From Piromyces finnis finn (lineage: Eukaryota; Fungi; Neocallimastigomycota), in contig MCFH01000014.1 in assembly GCA_002104945.1 (NCBI GenBank), positions 248,001 to 312,000 on the forward strand: a DNA stretch of 64,000 nucleotides, in the 5' to 3' direction. Made by a program: the position numbers and the translations under genes. Shown here in pieces: positions 40,495 to 54,207 of this stretch. The notes beneath the pieces were generated by a model. The model was not told the origin of the DNA and did not search any database. It was given only the letters and a program-made list of their open reading frames with translations. Within the stretch, counting starts at the first letter, position 1. Each line of letters starts with the position of its first letter.

Positions 40495-40972
40495 AATTAG
40501 ATGAAAAATTAAAATAATTAAATAAAAATAAAAAAAAAATTATAGATTTGAAATATATCAATTATTTTATTTTTATTTTTATTTTTATTTATTTTATTTA
40601 ATTTCATTTCATTTTATTTTTATTATTAGTATAAAAATAAACCATCTCAATGTGATAAAATCAAGAAAGAAAAAAAAAAAAAAAAAAAAGCAGATATGTG
40701 AAACTTTAAACAAGTAATTATAAAATATAGGAAATTAATTTTCTTCGAAATCAATAACAAAAATATATATATTACAAAGAATATTATTATTTTTAATAAT
40801 CAAAATCGTTCATAAAATATTACCTACTACATTTACATAAGAAAATAAACAATGCTTAACTAAAGTCATTGATATATAATGATATTCAAAACGTTTATTT
40901 ATATTTAAAAAAAAAACAATAAAATGAAGAAAAAATGAGGAAAAGGAAAAATAATTAAACAAATCATTTTTC

Positions 40973-41004
<32 letters not shown>

Positions 41005-41601
41005 ATTGTCTCCTAGACAATAGTTATTTGAAATTAAAAGATTTTCAATAACTATTGATTATAAATAAATTATTTATTCAATACAGTCTCATAATATACT
41101 CCAATATATCAATATATTTTACTTTATTTTTTTATAAAGATTTTAAATTATTATACATATATTATAAATATTATATACATTAGCATTAACATTATTATTT
41201 TAAATATTCTTATATCATTATATAATATCACAATCTATATTATTAAAATAAAGCATTCTATATATATTTTTCCTCTTCATTATTATATATCTTAAATGAT
41301 AAACAAATAATAATAATAATAATAATAACAATAATTATAATAATAATATAATAATAATAATTATAATAATTATAAAATATTTGAATATCTTAATTAAAAA
41401 TAATAAACTTTTATAAAATATATTTTTTTTTCCTATATCGTTGTTTTTTCTATTTATTTGTAAACTCATGGAAATGAGAATTCATTATTAAAAAAATTAA
41501 TATGAATTAATTACTATAATGTATACTATAGTAAAGACACGCTTTTTTTTTAATGATTTTTGTTTTATCTGTCTTTTATCTCTTTAATTATTTAATTATT
41601 T

Positions 41602-41726
<125 letters not shown>

Positions 41727-42814
41727 GGTATGATCCACCATTTAAAATTGGTAAAGAAGATACTTTACTTGCCGTTGAAATTAATTAAAGAAAATTTTAA
41801 AAAATATTCTTTTTACATCTTGATAATTTCCTTTTTTGTTTATATTAAAACATAAAGTCTTAAATCCATAAAATTGTACAATAAACGAATAATGTAGTTT
41901 TCTATGTATTGTATTAACATCAAAATCTGATATGATGAATTTAATACAATTGATTTAAAAAAGATTATTGGTGAATCTTTAATACTTATATTGGATATTC
42001 AAACAAGCCACGTATATTATTAATGGAAATAAGCCATCCCTCTGCCACAATTTAAATAAATAATGTAAATATCTAGCTAGATGAATCCATATAAGTTTAT
42101 TTATAATATTAAATATTAAAATAATAATAAAAAAAATTATTACTATAATTATTATTAAAAAAAAAAAAAGGCTTTTTTTTTTCCATTATTCATTATATAT
42201 ACATTTTTCAATTTAAAAAAAAAATTGAAATATAATAATAATAATAATAATAAATATTTATAAAATTGTAACAACTTTCAAAACAAATAATTAAAAATCC
42301 TTCTAGAAACATACTTTGAAAAAAAAAAAAATCTATATATACTAGATGATAATTAAATTACTCTAAAATTTATCCAAATTTTTGACATTAAAATGTACGA
42401 AGAATAATTCAAAATTCAAATTTTTTATTTAATTTTAAAATATTTATTATTTTAGATATTTAATGATGAATTGTTGTCGATGTTTTCATAGATATTTATA
42501 TAGATATAAATGAAAAGTTGAAATAGTTTTATCATTGAACAAACTTTAAATATTTATCCATTAAAAATTTTAAAAATGAAATAATAAAAAACTAAAAAAT
42601 ACCACTTTTATTATAGATATAAATATATATATTATTATTTATTATGTTATAATTTAAAAAAATAATAAATAGTTAAAAAAAAATAATTTAAATTAACACT
42701 ATATTTATATATTTAATATACATTTAACATATTTAGCTTTTTTTATTTAAAAAAAAAAAAAAAGAAGGAAATACACAATTATCAATTATATCAATATAAT
42801 ACAATATATTCAAA

Positions 42815-45487
42815 ATGAATGTAGGAGTAGGACCAACACCTGAAAGACCTTATGTTTGTGAACATTGTAATCAAGCATTTTCCCGTCAACACAATTTAAA
42901 AAGTCACTATTTTGTTCATAGGTAATTTTATTAAGAAATTAATTAAATTAATAAATAGTAGCCATTAAATAATTAATCTTTTAATTTAAAAAATAAAATA
43001 TCAAAAATAATTTTAATTTAAAAAAAAAATTAATATATTTTTTAATCTTTTTACAGTGGGGAAAGACCATATAAATGTGAAACTTGTCAGCAGGTATTTT
43101 ATATTAATATTTTTTTTTTTTTTTTGTAATTATATTAGATAAAAATAAAAATAATAAAATTTCAATCTAAATATATGAATTTAAAGGCATTCACAAGACA
43201 TCATGATTTAAAAAGACATATTCGTTCAATTCATACTGGATTAAAACCATATCAATGCCCAAATTGTAAACGTGCATTTGCTCGTTTAGATGCATTAAAT
43301 AGACATTTAAGAGTTAGTGGAAATGCGCCCTGTGTTGGAATGAATAATCCAAGAAAAAGTTATACTAAACATAAAAAAACCGGTAAAAATGGTAAGAATG
43401 CGAATAAAAATGATAAAAATGCCGAGGATAATGCTAATAATACTGATAAAGCAACTCAAGAAGAACCAATACAAGATTCTTCTGTAGAAATTCCAAAAAA
43501 TATGGACATGTTAACCAATGGCAAACCTGAATCAAATGAAATTTTAAATGAAACCAATTTATCACCAATAGCAAATATTGAAATACCTGAAAAACAAGAT
43601 TTTATTGAAAATGAAGTACCTACAAATTCAAAAACAAATAATAATAATAGAGCAGTTAATGTTAATACTTTTAATACAACGACAATGAATGAAATATTTC
43701 AAAATAAAAATGATGAAATTGTAAATATATCAAATGTAAGAAATAATGTAATTCACGCTCCAAGAAAAACATTATTACCACCAAAATCTTTAAAACCCCC
43801 ACAAAGAAGAAATCAAAAAAGAACAATTTCTAATATGAATGGTAATGAAAATATTGATATTGTAAATACAATGATTATTCCACCCAATAGACATAATAAT
43901 AGTGATAATGTTGGTAATGCAACATCTTTACCATATTCCAATAATAATATGAATAATATTAATAAAAACAATATAATATCAGTCATTTCAAATGGTGAAA
44001 CAAATAATGGTTTTATCGATTCTTCCGATAAAAATAAAGGTGTTAAAAGGAGAAAGCCTAATAATGATTTATTAAAAGATAATGTTGAAACAGAAATCAT
44101 TGATCTTAGCTCAGGTATGAATATACAATTACCTTTTATAATAATCCTTTTAATAATAAAACAAATAGTGTTGTTTAGTTAATGAATTAATATTTTTTTA
44201 ATAATAAAACAAATAGTGTTGTTTAGTTAATGAATTAATATTTTTTTAATAATAAAACAAATAGTGTTGTTTAGTTAATGAATTGATATTTTTTTTTAAT
44301 AATAAAACAAATAGTGTTGTTTAATGAATTAATATTTTTTTAATAATAGAATAAATAGTGTTGTTTAGTTAATGAATTAATATTTTTTTAATAATAGAAT
44401 AAATAGTGTTGATTAATTTATGAATTAATATTTTTTTAATAATAGAATAAATAGTGTTGATTAATTTATGAAAATAATATTCTTTTTAATAATATATATA
44501 TATGAATGTTTATATAAAATAAAAAATTATCATAATAATATTAAACTTTTAATAACATAATTTCAATTATGGTTATATTTAATAGATTTAACAGATTCAT
44601 CCCAATTTACAATACCAGTTCGTGAGCCCTATCCGGTCACTGCTGAAATTCCTAATAAAACTATTCCATATACCAATCAAATTACAAATATAAATAATAA
44701 TACAGAACAAAATGAGAATGGTGGTGGTGTATTACCAACAAATACTAAGGCCATTAAAGCAATATTAGATAGAAACGAATATCTTGAAAATCAATTAAAA
44801 GACTTTAAAAATGAATTCTATAATTTCAAAAAGGTTCAAGAAAGATTAGAGCAAATGGAATATAAGATTAAAGAATTAGAAAGAGAAAAGGGGGTTCTCA
44901 GAGATATGTTAAACGAAAAAGATCAACAAAATATTAAGATGAGAAATTCAATATTAAATAATACCGCATCACCAATACATACTCCAAATACTAATAATTA
45001 TAATAACAGTAATAATAATAATGGTAATAATGGTAATAACTCTAATACCGTATCTAGTATAAATTCTATCAGTAATATTAGTAATATAAATGAAGTGAAT
45101 TCCATTGATAATGTAAATAATATCAATAACATGAATAGTATGAATCCTATGAATAATATGAATCCTATGAATAATGTCAATTTAATTTCATCAGATCATA
45201 ACTATAATAATTCATCCAATCCAAACATTAGTTATTTAACAGCCACCACCATAGTTTCACCAACACCTAAAAATTACAACACCTATAACAAGAGTTATAA
45301 TTCATTTAAAGAAAATGGAAATTATAATCCTTCATCCTTTAATTCTTTAACCCAGCCTTCATCTAACAATATTAATAATGTAACATCATTTATACCACCA
45401 ATAATAGATAACCCAACCCAACAAAATTACACTTCAAATATTATTAATACCAAAAAGACGATGCAAAATCTTCAAAATTCTAATTAG
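42815..45487 (+). CDS. C2H2 zinc-finger transcription factor (3 fingers) with Asn-rich region and coiled coil
   Basis: Spliced RPYVCEHCNQAFSRQHNLKSHYFVH/SGERPYKCETCQ/QAFTRHHDLKRHIRSIHTGLKPYQCPNCKRAFARLDALNRH. The last exon (~44586-45487) encodes a heptad-rich helix. Confidence 0.85.
44151..44495. repeat. Intronic minisatellite, ~48-bp unit, ~7 copies
   Basis: TAATAATAAAACAAATAGTGTTGTTTAGTTAATGAATTAATATTTTTT repeated with gradual variation, inside the intron opened by the GT donor at 44115. Confidence 0.9.
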
Positions 45488-46932
45488 TTTTCATTTAAAA
45501 CAATTTTCTCAAGTTTAATTTGTAATCGTTATAACTTTTATGCCATATATTTCTTTTTTTTTTTTCTTCTTTCTTCTTCTTCTTATTTTATTATTCAGTC
45601 TTAGATTAAAACTAAATAAATTTATATTTTATATAAAAAACAGTATAATTTCATATGATCAAGATTACTATTATTAATAACTATGTAAAAAAAAAAAAAT
45701 AAATATATTATATAGTATATATAATAAATAAAAAAATATATATTAAAAAAAATAATAATTAGTATAAAACTTTAGGTACAGTTTATACAATTAAAGACCT
45801 TTTTTTTACTCCTTATTTTTATAGTTAACTTTATTGTCTTTAAAGAACGTTTTATGGATTAAAATTATTTTAATTTATAGTATTAAGCATGATATATTGA
45901 TCTTTCATAAAAGATATTGAATAAATTTTTTTTTTCTTTACTATAATTAATTCAAAATTTCATATAAATAAATAATACCAAAGAAATAAAAGAAAAAGAG
46001 AGAAAAAGAAATAAAAAAAAAAAATCAACTATTTCTCTCATTGAAAAGATCATTATATATTTGGTTCTTTTTTTAAAAAGTATAATTTCAACGTCACTTT
46101 ATTTTTTTATTACCTAAAATGAACCAAACTTTTTTAATTTATTTTGTACAAGGTGAAAATTTATTTTATGGTTACACGAATATTATTCATATTAAAAAAG
46201 AAAAAAAAATGTTTACACTTTTTATTTACAATATATAATATATGTGGACAATATATTATAATTTAAATAATATAAAAAATGGAATATTATATTAAACATC
46301 AATTGACTTTAATATATATGATTTATATATAGAAAAAAAACATTATTTTTATTCACAAAGTTTTTAATATTTTAATCCATTGATTCTATTCTATATTCCA
46401 ATATATTCCAATATAATAATTTATATTATATAAAATATATTCAATATAAACTTTGATTCTACAAAAAAAAAAACTTTTTAATAATTATTTAAAAAAAAAA
46501 AAAACAATTGCATCATTTATCGTTTTATAAAAAAAAAATATATATATATATAATAAAAATTAAAATCATTTTTTATTTAGATGATTTAAATAAATTATAA
46601 CAAAAAAAAGAAAGAAATTTCAATATGAAATTTTGTCAATAACTAGTTTTTTTTTTTTTTTATAAATTATAATTTAAAATCTATAAAGCAATAGAAGGGA
46701 AAAGAAAGGATACTTTTTTTTGAATATTATATTATTAATTTTATAAACATAATATTAAAAAAAATATATATATATTCATTTTCCTTTATAAAATAGATTA
46801 AGTTATTATTTATTCGGTTCATTTATAATTTCAATTTATATTTTTTTTTAAATATATATTTTTTCAATAACAAAAGAATAATAAAAAAAAAAAAAAAACC
46901 TTTAAAACGGTAAAAGTTTATAATACAATATG

Positions 46933-46964
<32 letters not shown>

Positions 46965-47950
46965 TCAATAATATTTCTTTCTATTGAAGATAAAAAATCA
47001 TAAATTATTACATTGTGAAATCAAAAAATTTTTTTATAAAGGAAATAAATTTTAAAATTTATAAAGGCAAGATCTTTATAAAATCAACAAACATAATATT
47101 ATATATTGAATAATCAAAATTATATATGTATAACCTAATTTAATTAATAGAAAAATGATCTATTAAATATATATCCAAAAAGAAAAATAAACAATAATTT
47201 CTTTTATATATTTTTATTGATGACTCCTTAATCAAATAATTATAAAATTATTAATAAATAATAAAAAGTAAAGGAGGAAAAGTATTTTTTCAAATCAAAT
47301 ACTCTTTTTTTAAATTTTATATAAAGTGAAATGTTTTGTAAATCAATTAAAGAAACAATTATATCAAAAAAAAAAAAAAATACTAATAATAAAAATACTA
47401 CATTTTGATAAATGAAAAAAATAATATAATATTGGTAATATAAGAATTTATTATGTTAATACTTTATTACCATCCATAAAAATATATTTTTATTATGAAT
47501 CCAAAAACAAAATAATTAAACACATACATAAAATTAATTTTTTTTATAGATTTTTTTTATCAAGTATAATTTTTGTATTTTTCAAAAATTAACAGAAATT
47601 CAATAATAAATCTAAACATAAAAACAATTCAATAATTTTTAAAAATTTTGTATATTTTTTACTTTATCTAAATTATATTTTAATAAAGTAAAAAAAAAAA
47701 AAGTAATAATATCACATTATTAAAAAAAATAAAAAAAAACATTGCAGATTTCAAATCCATAAAATTTCATTTTTTCCAACATTTTAAAAACTATTAAAAT
47801 TTAATAAAAAAAAAATAGTTTAAAAAAAAACTGTAAATAAAGGTTAAATAAATAAAATAAATAAAATTTAATAAAAATATTAAACAAACAAATAAAAAAA
47901 AAAAAAAGAATATTTATTAAATAATCATAATTAATAATTACAAAACAAAA

Positions 47951-50900
47951 ATGTCAGATTCGGAAAAAGCTCCAAAAATCTTAAAACGTCCACCACGTTT
48001 AGGTGATGTAGTTCAGGTTAAGACTACTTTGCAAGAAGGAACAGTAAAGTTTATTGGAGGTATTCATTTTAAATCAGGTACATGGGTAGGAATTGAATTA
48101 TTTGAACATGGTACTGGTAAAAATAATGGTACTATTAAAGGTGTCACCTATTTTAAATGTCCATCTCAAACGGGTCTATTGGTTATGGCATCAAGTGTAA
48201 ATGTATTAAAGCCGGCTCAAAAAGTCGTTACAAATTCACAAAAAGCCTCATTAGTCAGTAAAACAATATATAAACAACCAAAAAAACCTCGTAAGTCAAT
48301 ATCACGTCCAAGTGAATCCACTTCGCCGACTGAATCTGTAGATACAACTAGAAAGATTAAAACTCTTCCTAGACAAAATACAAAACAGACCCCAATAAAG
48401 GTTAAACCAAGACCAAAATCAACCCAAGTCACAAAGTCATCATATGCTACTGGAAGATTAGATCGTATGAATAAAGAATTAAGACCAGCTCAAACCAATA
48501 TTAATATTAATATGACCATGACGACAAGTCCAAAAGAAAAATCAATTTTCCTAAAAAATAGAATAAGTCCAAATACATCCTCTATAATAATACCAAAATG
48601 TGAAATAGATGGGGATCAAATTCCAGAAGATTCTAAAAATATAAATGATGCTATTATTAATGGACTACAAAATACGTTAGTTCATTTAAAGGATATAGTA
48701 TCAGGTTTAGCTGATGAGTATTATGATGAAAACGGGCAACCTCGTATTAAAACTACCATTCAACAAAATGATGCCGAGGCTGATATCGATCTTTCTATTT
48801 CCCAAGATGGTAAAGAACCCTCGGAAGGAGATTTAGAAAACAAAAAAGAATCAATAAACTATTCAGCCTCCAATATACCATTAAATAAGCATTGTGAAGA
48901 AGGTGTTCGAATGTCACTAAAACAAGTTACGGATAGCCAACGTACTATTTCTGAATTATCCATTGGGTTAGTGAATGCCCAACAAGAAGTTCGTAAATTA
49001 AAAGATAATCAAACTAATCTTAATCATGCATTAAGTTATTATAAAGAAGAAAATAAAAGTTTGATTGAGAGAGTAGCAGAATTAGAAAAACAAAATAAAT
49101 CACTAATGGCACTCCCGTCAAAAGAGCGTTATATTCAAGAATTGGAAACAAAGAATAAGAATCTCAATTCAGAATATGAACAAGTGAAAAATGAATTGTA
49201 TTTTGCAAAAAAGAATATTGACGAACTTTATCGTAAACTGGAATACAATGAATCAGTAAAAAGTGTATCTGTGTATAATAAGTATTCACAAAGAAACGAA
49301 TCACGGATTGCTCGTCATAAAACCTTTGCAAAGGGCAATAACAGTTATAATACGATCTATAAAAAACCAAGAACAATCAGAGATAATGGTTCATCTGAAT
49401 TTTCATATAACAGTGATTCAGAAACAAAAATTAATGATACTTTGCTTGATATGAAAGAGCAAAACGAGAAATTGATATTAGAAAATGAAACCCTTCGTGA
49501 AGAAATGGAAATGTTAAAAAATACATTGTTGGATATTCAAGATGATCGTGAAAACTCTACAAATCACTTTATGGAAAAAATGGAATACCAAGAAAAGAAG
49601 TACGATGACTTGAAAATGAGATACCTTCAAATTGAAGAAGAAAAGAATGAGTTAATAAATCGTATTGAAAGTATGTCAAACCTCAATGATGGTGAACTAC
49701 CAGAAATATCTAAAAAATCAAATGCTGCTTCTATGGATGACGCCATGATTGATGAAATGAAGGCTTTGATCGCTGATATGGAAGTCACCTTGAATAAAAC
49801 AATCTTATCCGAAAAGGAAGCTCGTTCCAACTTTGATGCCGTCAACAAACTTTATGAAGCTTCAAAGGTTAAAATGGAAACTCTTAAGCATGAATTAGAA
49901 CAAAGGAAAATGGATTATCAATTATTAAGTGAAAGTAACGAAGATCTCACAAAAGAAAATAATGAGTTAAAGCAATCCATTGAAAAATTAAATCAAGCGC
50001 AAATACAAAATGAAACGTTATCCAATGAAAAACTTCAAGATCAATACCAAAAACTTCAAAAGCAATATGAAGCCACTAAAATTATCATTGAAGATAAGGA
50101 AGCTGAAATGATCAACTATGAAGTTCAATGTAATCAATTAGAAGGTCAAATTATTGATTTTGAAAAGCAACTTTCAATGAAACAAAATGAAATTGACTGT
50201 TTAATAGAAAAATATCAAACCTTACAAACTGCCAATTCCTGTCGTGATTGGAATGAAGAGGAAAAGAATGAAGTTATTCAAGATCAAGCCAATAAAATAT
50301 GTATGTTAGAAGATGCTGTAAAAGAAATCAAAGATGAAAATAATCTTTTAAAGATAAATAATGAAAAAAGCATCAATGAAATTTCAAAATTAAACAAAAT
50401 AAAGAATGATTTGGAAAAGGAAGTTGCAGCAAAGAAAAATGAAATAGAAAAAAAAGCACAAGAAAATGAATCAAAATTTATAGAAAATGAAATAAAGGAG
50501 AAAAATGAACAAATTGAGGAATTAACTCATAAAAATAATGAGTTATCCACTGAAATTAAGGAATCCAACGAAAAATTTTTAGAAATTAAAAATGAAAAGG
50601 AAAAAGTTGATCAGGAATTAGAAGAATTAAATAAACGTATGTCAAAAAATACACAAGAATTAGAAGATCTTACTGTTAAATATGAAGAAGATAAAAAGCA
50701 TTATGAAGCTGAAATCTTTGAAATTAACAAAGATCGTGAAATGAGTGTTAAGCATGCCAAGGAAGAAATCGAAACCATTATTGGCCAGCTCTCCGATACA
50801 CGTAAACAATTTGAAATTAAGATAAATCAACTTGAAACCTCCAAACAAAAAATGAAAAAAGAATACGAAACCGAAATTGAAGATTTAAATCAACAACTTC

Positions 50901-52066
50901 AACTCTTAGCCAACTTACAACAACAAACCGAGCAAGCTGAAAATCTTTTAGAACTTTCAACTCTCTTGGATGAATCAGAACGTGCAAAAGAAGTTGCTGA
51001 ATCAAACGCTGAAAACAGAAGAAAATTACTTGAAAAAGTAATAGTAGAAAGAGATAAACTATCACAAGATCTTCAATCGGAAAAAGAGAAATTTATATCG
51101 TTAAAAGGAGAATACGAGCATTGTAAAGAAAAGATGAATGAATTAAAAAAGGATGAACTTGCCTCCTTCATAGATAGAAATAGATCCTTCACCAGAGACT
51201 GTAATAATTGTGAAAAGTTAAAGCAAGAAATTACCAAGTTGAAAGAAGAGATTGAAGAATTTAATATTCTTAAAAACATTGATGTTCAAGGAATTGACAA
51301 TGCCTTAAAGCAATCCAATGAAGATATTCAAAAGGAAAGAGAAGAAAAAGAAATGTTAAAGAAAGGCTATACCATTATTTGGAATAGTTATCTCAGTTTA
51401 GAAAATGAATGTCAAAAGCTTTTAACCCAATTAAACCAAAAAATGGGTATAAAAGAAGGAAGTATATCTCCTTCACCCACCCTTCGTAAAGCCCAATCTG
51501 TTGGTTCTATTCCAAGCAGTTTTCCCACGCCAAAAGATAAAATGAACATCACGTTTGATTCCATTCAAGACTATACCTATGATTTTGATTATGTTTCTGT
51601 ACCCGATTCCAACCGTCTTTTAGATCGTGAACTAAAAGAAGAAATAATAAATACACCGTCTTCTACAAAGGATCATGATCAAGAACAAGATAAACATACA
51701 TCCATAAAAACAGTATCTGACAGTCATTCACCCTCCTCCATTTACAGTCCAAGACAAGAAGAAAAGAAAAGGTTACTTTTAAGTACTCAATCCGAATCAT
51801 CAAACAATACCCTTTATTCCCCAAAACGTCGTAGTTCTTTTAATGCCTCCACCAAATATCAAAATCTCCCAAAAACAAATCCAAACCGTATCAAAAATTA
51901 CAAAAGTCAATCGGTTATTTATGAATCATTAGAAAATAATGATGAAACACTTTATCATAAACCAGAAGATGAAGCTGATTTGATTGACTATTCTTCTATA
52001 CTACAAAAATCAAGAGCACGATCATCTACCCTACTCAGTAATAATAAATATTCTTATCGTAATTAA
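47951..52066 (+). CDS. CAP-Gly domain, long coiled-coil microtubule-associated protein (p150Glued/CLIP-170-like)
   Basis: N-terminal GTVKFIG...GTWVGIELFEHGTGKNNGTIKGVTYFKC (CAP-Gly with GKNNG), followed by about 800 aa of coiled coil. Single 1371-aa ORF. Confidence 0.88.
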   Translation: MSDSEKAPKILKRPPRLGDVVQVKTTLQEGTVKFIGGIHFKSGTWVGIELFEHGTGKNNGTIKGVTYFKCPSQTGLLVMASSVNVLKPAQKVVTNSQKASLVSKTIYKQPKKPRKSISRPSESTSPTESVDTTRKIKTLPRQNTKQTPIKVKPRPKSTQVTKSSYATGRLDRMNKELRPAQTNININMTMTTSPKEKSIFLKNRISPNTSSIIIPKCEIDGDQIPEDSKNINDAIINGLQNTLVHLKDIVSGLADEYYDENGQPRIKTTIQQNDAEADIDLSISQDGKEPSEGDLENKKESINYSASNIPLNKHCEEGVRMSLKQVTDSQRTISELSIGLVNAQQEVRKLKDNQTNLNHALSYYKEENKSLIERVAELEKQNKSLMALPSKERYIQELETKNKNLNSEYEQVKNELYFAKKNIDELYRKLEYNESVKSVSVYNKYSQRNESRIARHKTFAKGNNSYNTIYKKPRTIRDNGSSEFSYNSDSETKINDTLLDMKEQNEKLILENETLREEMEMLKNTLLDIQDDRENSTNHFMEKMEYQEKKYDDLKMRYLQIEEEKNELINRIESMSNLNDGELPEISKKSNAASMDDAMIDEMKALIADMEVTLNKTILSEKEARSNFDAVNKLYEASKVKMETLKHELEQRKMDYQLLSESNEDLTKENNELKQSIEKLNQAQIQNETLSNEKLQDQYQKLQKQYEATKIIIEDKEAEMINYEVQCNQLEGQIIDFEKQLSMKQNEIDCLIEKYQTLQTANSCRDWNEEEKNEVIQDQANKICMLEDAVKEIKDENNLLKINNEKSINEISKLNKIKNDLEKEVAAKKNEIEKKAQENESKFIENEIKEKNEQIEELTHKNNELSTEIKESNEKFLEIKNEKEKVDQELEELNKRMSKNTQELEDLTVKYEEDKKHYEAEIFEINKDREMSVKHAKEEIETIIGQLSDTRKQFEIKINQLETSKQKMKKEYETEIEDLNQQLQLLANLQQQTEQAENLLELSTLLDESERAKEVAESNAENRRKLLEKVIVERDKLSQDLQSEKEKFISLKGEYEHCKEKMNELKKDELASFIDRNRSFTRDCNNCEKLKQEITKLKEEIEEFNILKNIDVQGIDNALKQSNEDIQKEREEKEMLKKGYTIIWNSYLSLENECQKLLTQLNQKMGIKEGSISPSPTLRKAQSVGSIPSSFPTPKDKMNITFDSIQDYTYDFDYVSVPDSNRLLDRELKEEIINTPSSTKDHDQEQDKHTSIKTVSDSHSPSSIYSPRQEEKKRLLLSTQSESSNNTLYSPKRRSSFNASTKYQNLPKTNPNRIKNYKSQSVIYESLENNDETLYHKPEDEADLIDYSSILQKSRARSSTLLSNNKYSYRN

Positions 52067-52395
52067 TTTATCCATCACACCCTCACGACATCCTTCATTT
52101 TGCCATACATTATTTTATTTTAATTTTTTTTTTTAATAGCCTATCACATTCACAGTTTTATTTCTCCCTTTTTATATATATATTTTTCATTTCAAGTTAA
52201 AATCTATATTATTATCATTAGGCATATGGAAGAATATCAAATTTTCCTATGCCTCTGCAACATAAAAAAAAGAAATGAAAAAAAAAAAATTTACCCTTTT
52301 TTTAAATTAAATAATCTCTATTAAATAGAAATAAATAAATTGATAAATTATAGGAAAAAAAAAAAAAAAAGGCATTTATAAATACCACACTATCT

Positions 52396-52432
<37 letters not shown>

Positions 52433-52705
52433 TTTTTTTTATTCAGCAAATATTATAAATCCGATTATACTATTTGTATCAAATTAGTTTATCAAAATAA
52501 TATTTTTTTATTATTATTATTGTTATTATCATTACCCTATTTAATTTGTTATTTAATTTTACTTTTTTATTTTTTTTTTTTTTTTTATATATTCTTATTA
52601 TTTTTTTAGAAAAAAAAAAAAATAAGCATCATCATAATAATAATATTTAACCTTTTTTAATTTTAATACCTTTTTTTATATTTTAAATGTATAAAATAAA
52701 TAAAC

Positions 52706-52743
<38 letters not shown>

Positions 52744-53312
52744 ATTATTAAATCAATCAATCAATAAAAAAATAAGGATGAAAAAGTTATTGGCATTGAC
52801 CCTTTTGATAGAATTGAGCCAAAAAAAAAAAAAAAAAAAAAAACATATAATAAATTAGATATAAAAAAAAATGAAAAACTTTTTTTAGAAATAGATTCTA
52901 TACTAGAGTATAAAAAAAAAAAAAAAATTCTTTTATTATTATACATTTATTTATGATAAAATATATATATTTAATAAAAAAAAAAAAAAAAAAAAACTTG
53001 AAAAAAATTGAAGAAATGAATTCATTTTATTTTATTCATTTTAATTTTTTACTATATCTTTTAAAAAGGATAAAAATAATCTATAAGTAAAATAGTAGGA
53101 ATAGTTGTTGTTGTTGTTTCATTATTGTTATGAAATTCATTAAAATAAAAAAAAAAACGGTATCATTATTTACAAATCATTATTGTAATTAATTATGAAA
53201 AATAAAATAAAAAAAAAAAAAAATAAAAAAAAGAAATAAAAGGGTAGGAAGGAGGGGTTTCTTTAATCATAAACTTTTTATTTGCCATTTTTAGATTTTT
53301 GTTTTTTGTTTC

Positions 53313-53347
<35 letters not shown>

Positions 53348-53410
53348 TTTCTAGTCTCTTTTTTATTATTATTATTATTCCTTTCTATTTTCAATAATCT
53401 AAAATATATA

Positions 53411-53444
<34 letters not shown>

Positions 53445-53559
53445 TTACTATTATTTTTCAATAACTTTTTTTTTTTAATTAAATAAATAAATCACTTGTA
53501 TTCTATGTAATAAATAAATAAATAAATGGTAAAATTCAAGTGATAAGGGTTTAGGTATA

Positions 53560-53607
<48 letters not shown>

Positions 53608-53700
53608 AAATAAAATAAATAAAATCAACTCGTATTTTTATAATAAAGTTCAAGTGATGAAAGCTTTTCATTTTTATATCTATTATTGTTGTTACTTTTA

Positions 53701-54173
53701 TTAATAAAATCTTTTCATCAATGGAGTTTCGGTTTTAATGGAAGAGAGAGTGGAAGGAGGTGATGAAGATACCAGAGATAATGAAGATGAAAAATCATAC
53801 TTTTTAAAATTTAAACCTTCTTTTAAGGTATTCATAGATTCAGGAATAGTCACAGAGTTTGATAAACTCAAAAAATTCTCTTTTTTCTCCTGATTAGTCG
53901 ATTCAATTTTAATACCTTGTTTCGAAGAACTTTTAATAGAACGATGTTGACGAGAGTGAGAATGATGAGGATGTTCCTTAGAACGGTGATGATGGTGATG
54001 ATGGTGATGACTACTACGCATTGAATCACTTTGATCACCAGTTACTATGATACTAGATTTTCTAGATTTAATGTCTGTAGTATTTTGATCATCATCAACG
54101 GTTCCAAGAATGGATGATGTTTCTGTAGGTAATGGATGATGATGGTGATGTTTATGATGTTTACGATGCTTAC

Positions 54174-54207
<34 letters not shown>

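Noticed and set aside
44151-44495. CRISPR-like array
   Set aside because: The units are contiguous tandem copies without unique spacers and lie in a eukaryotic intron, so this is a minisatellite.
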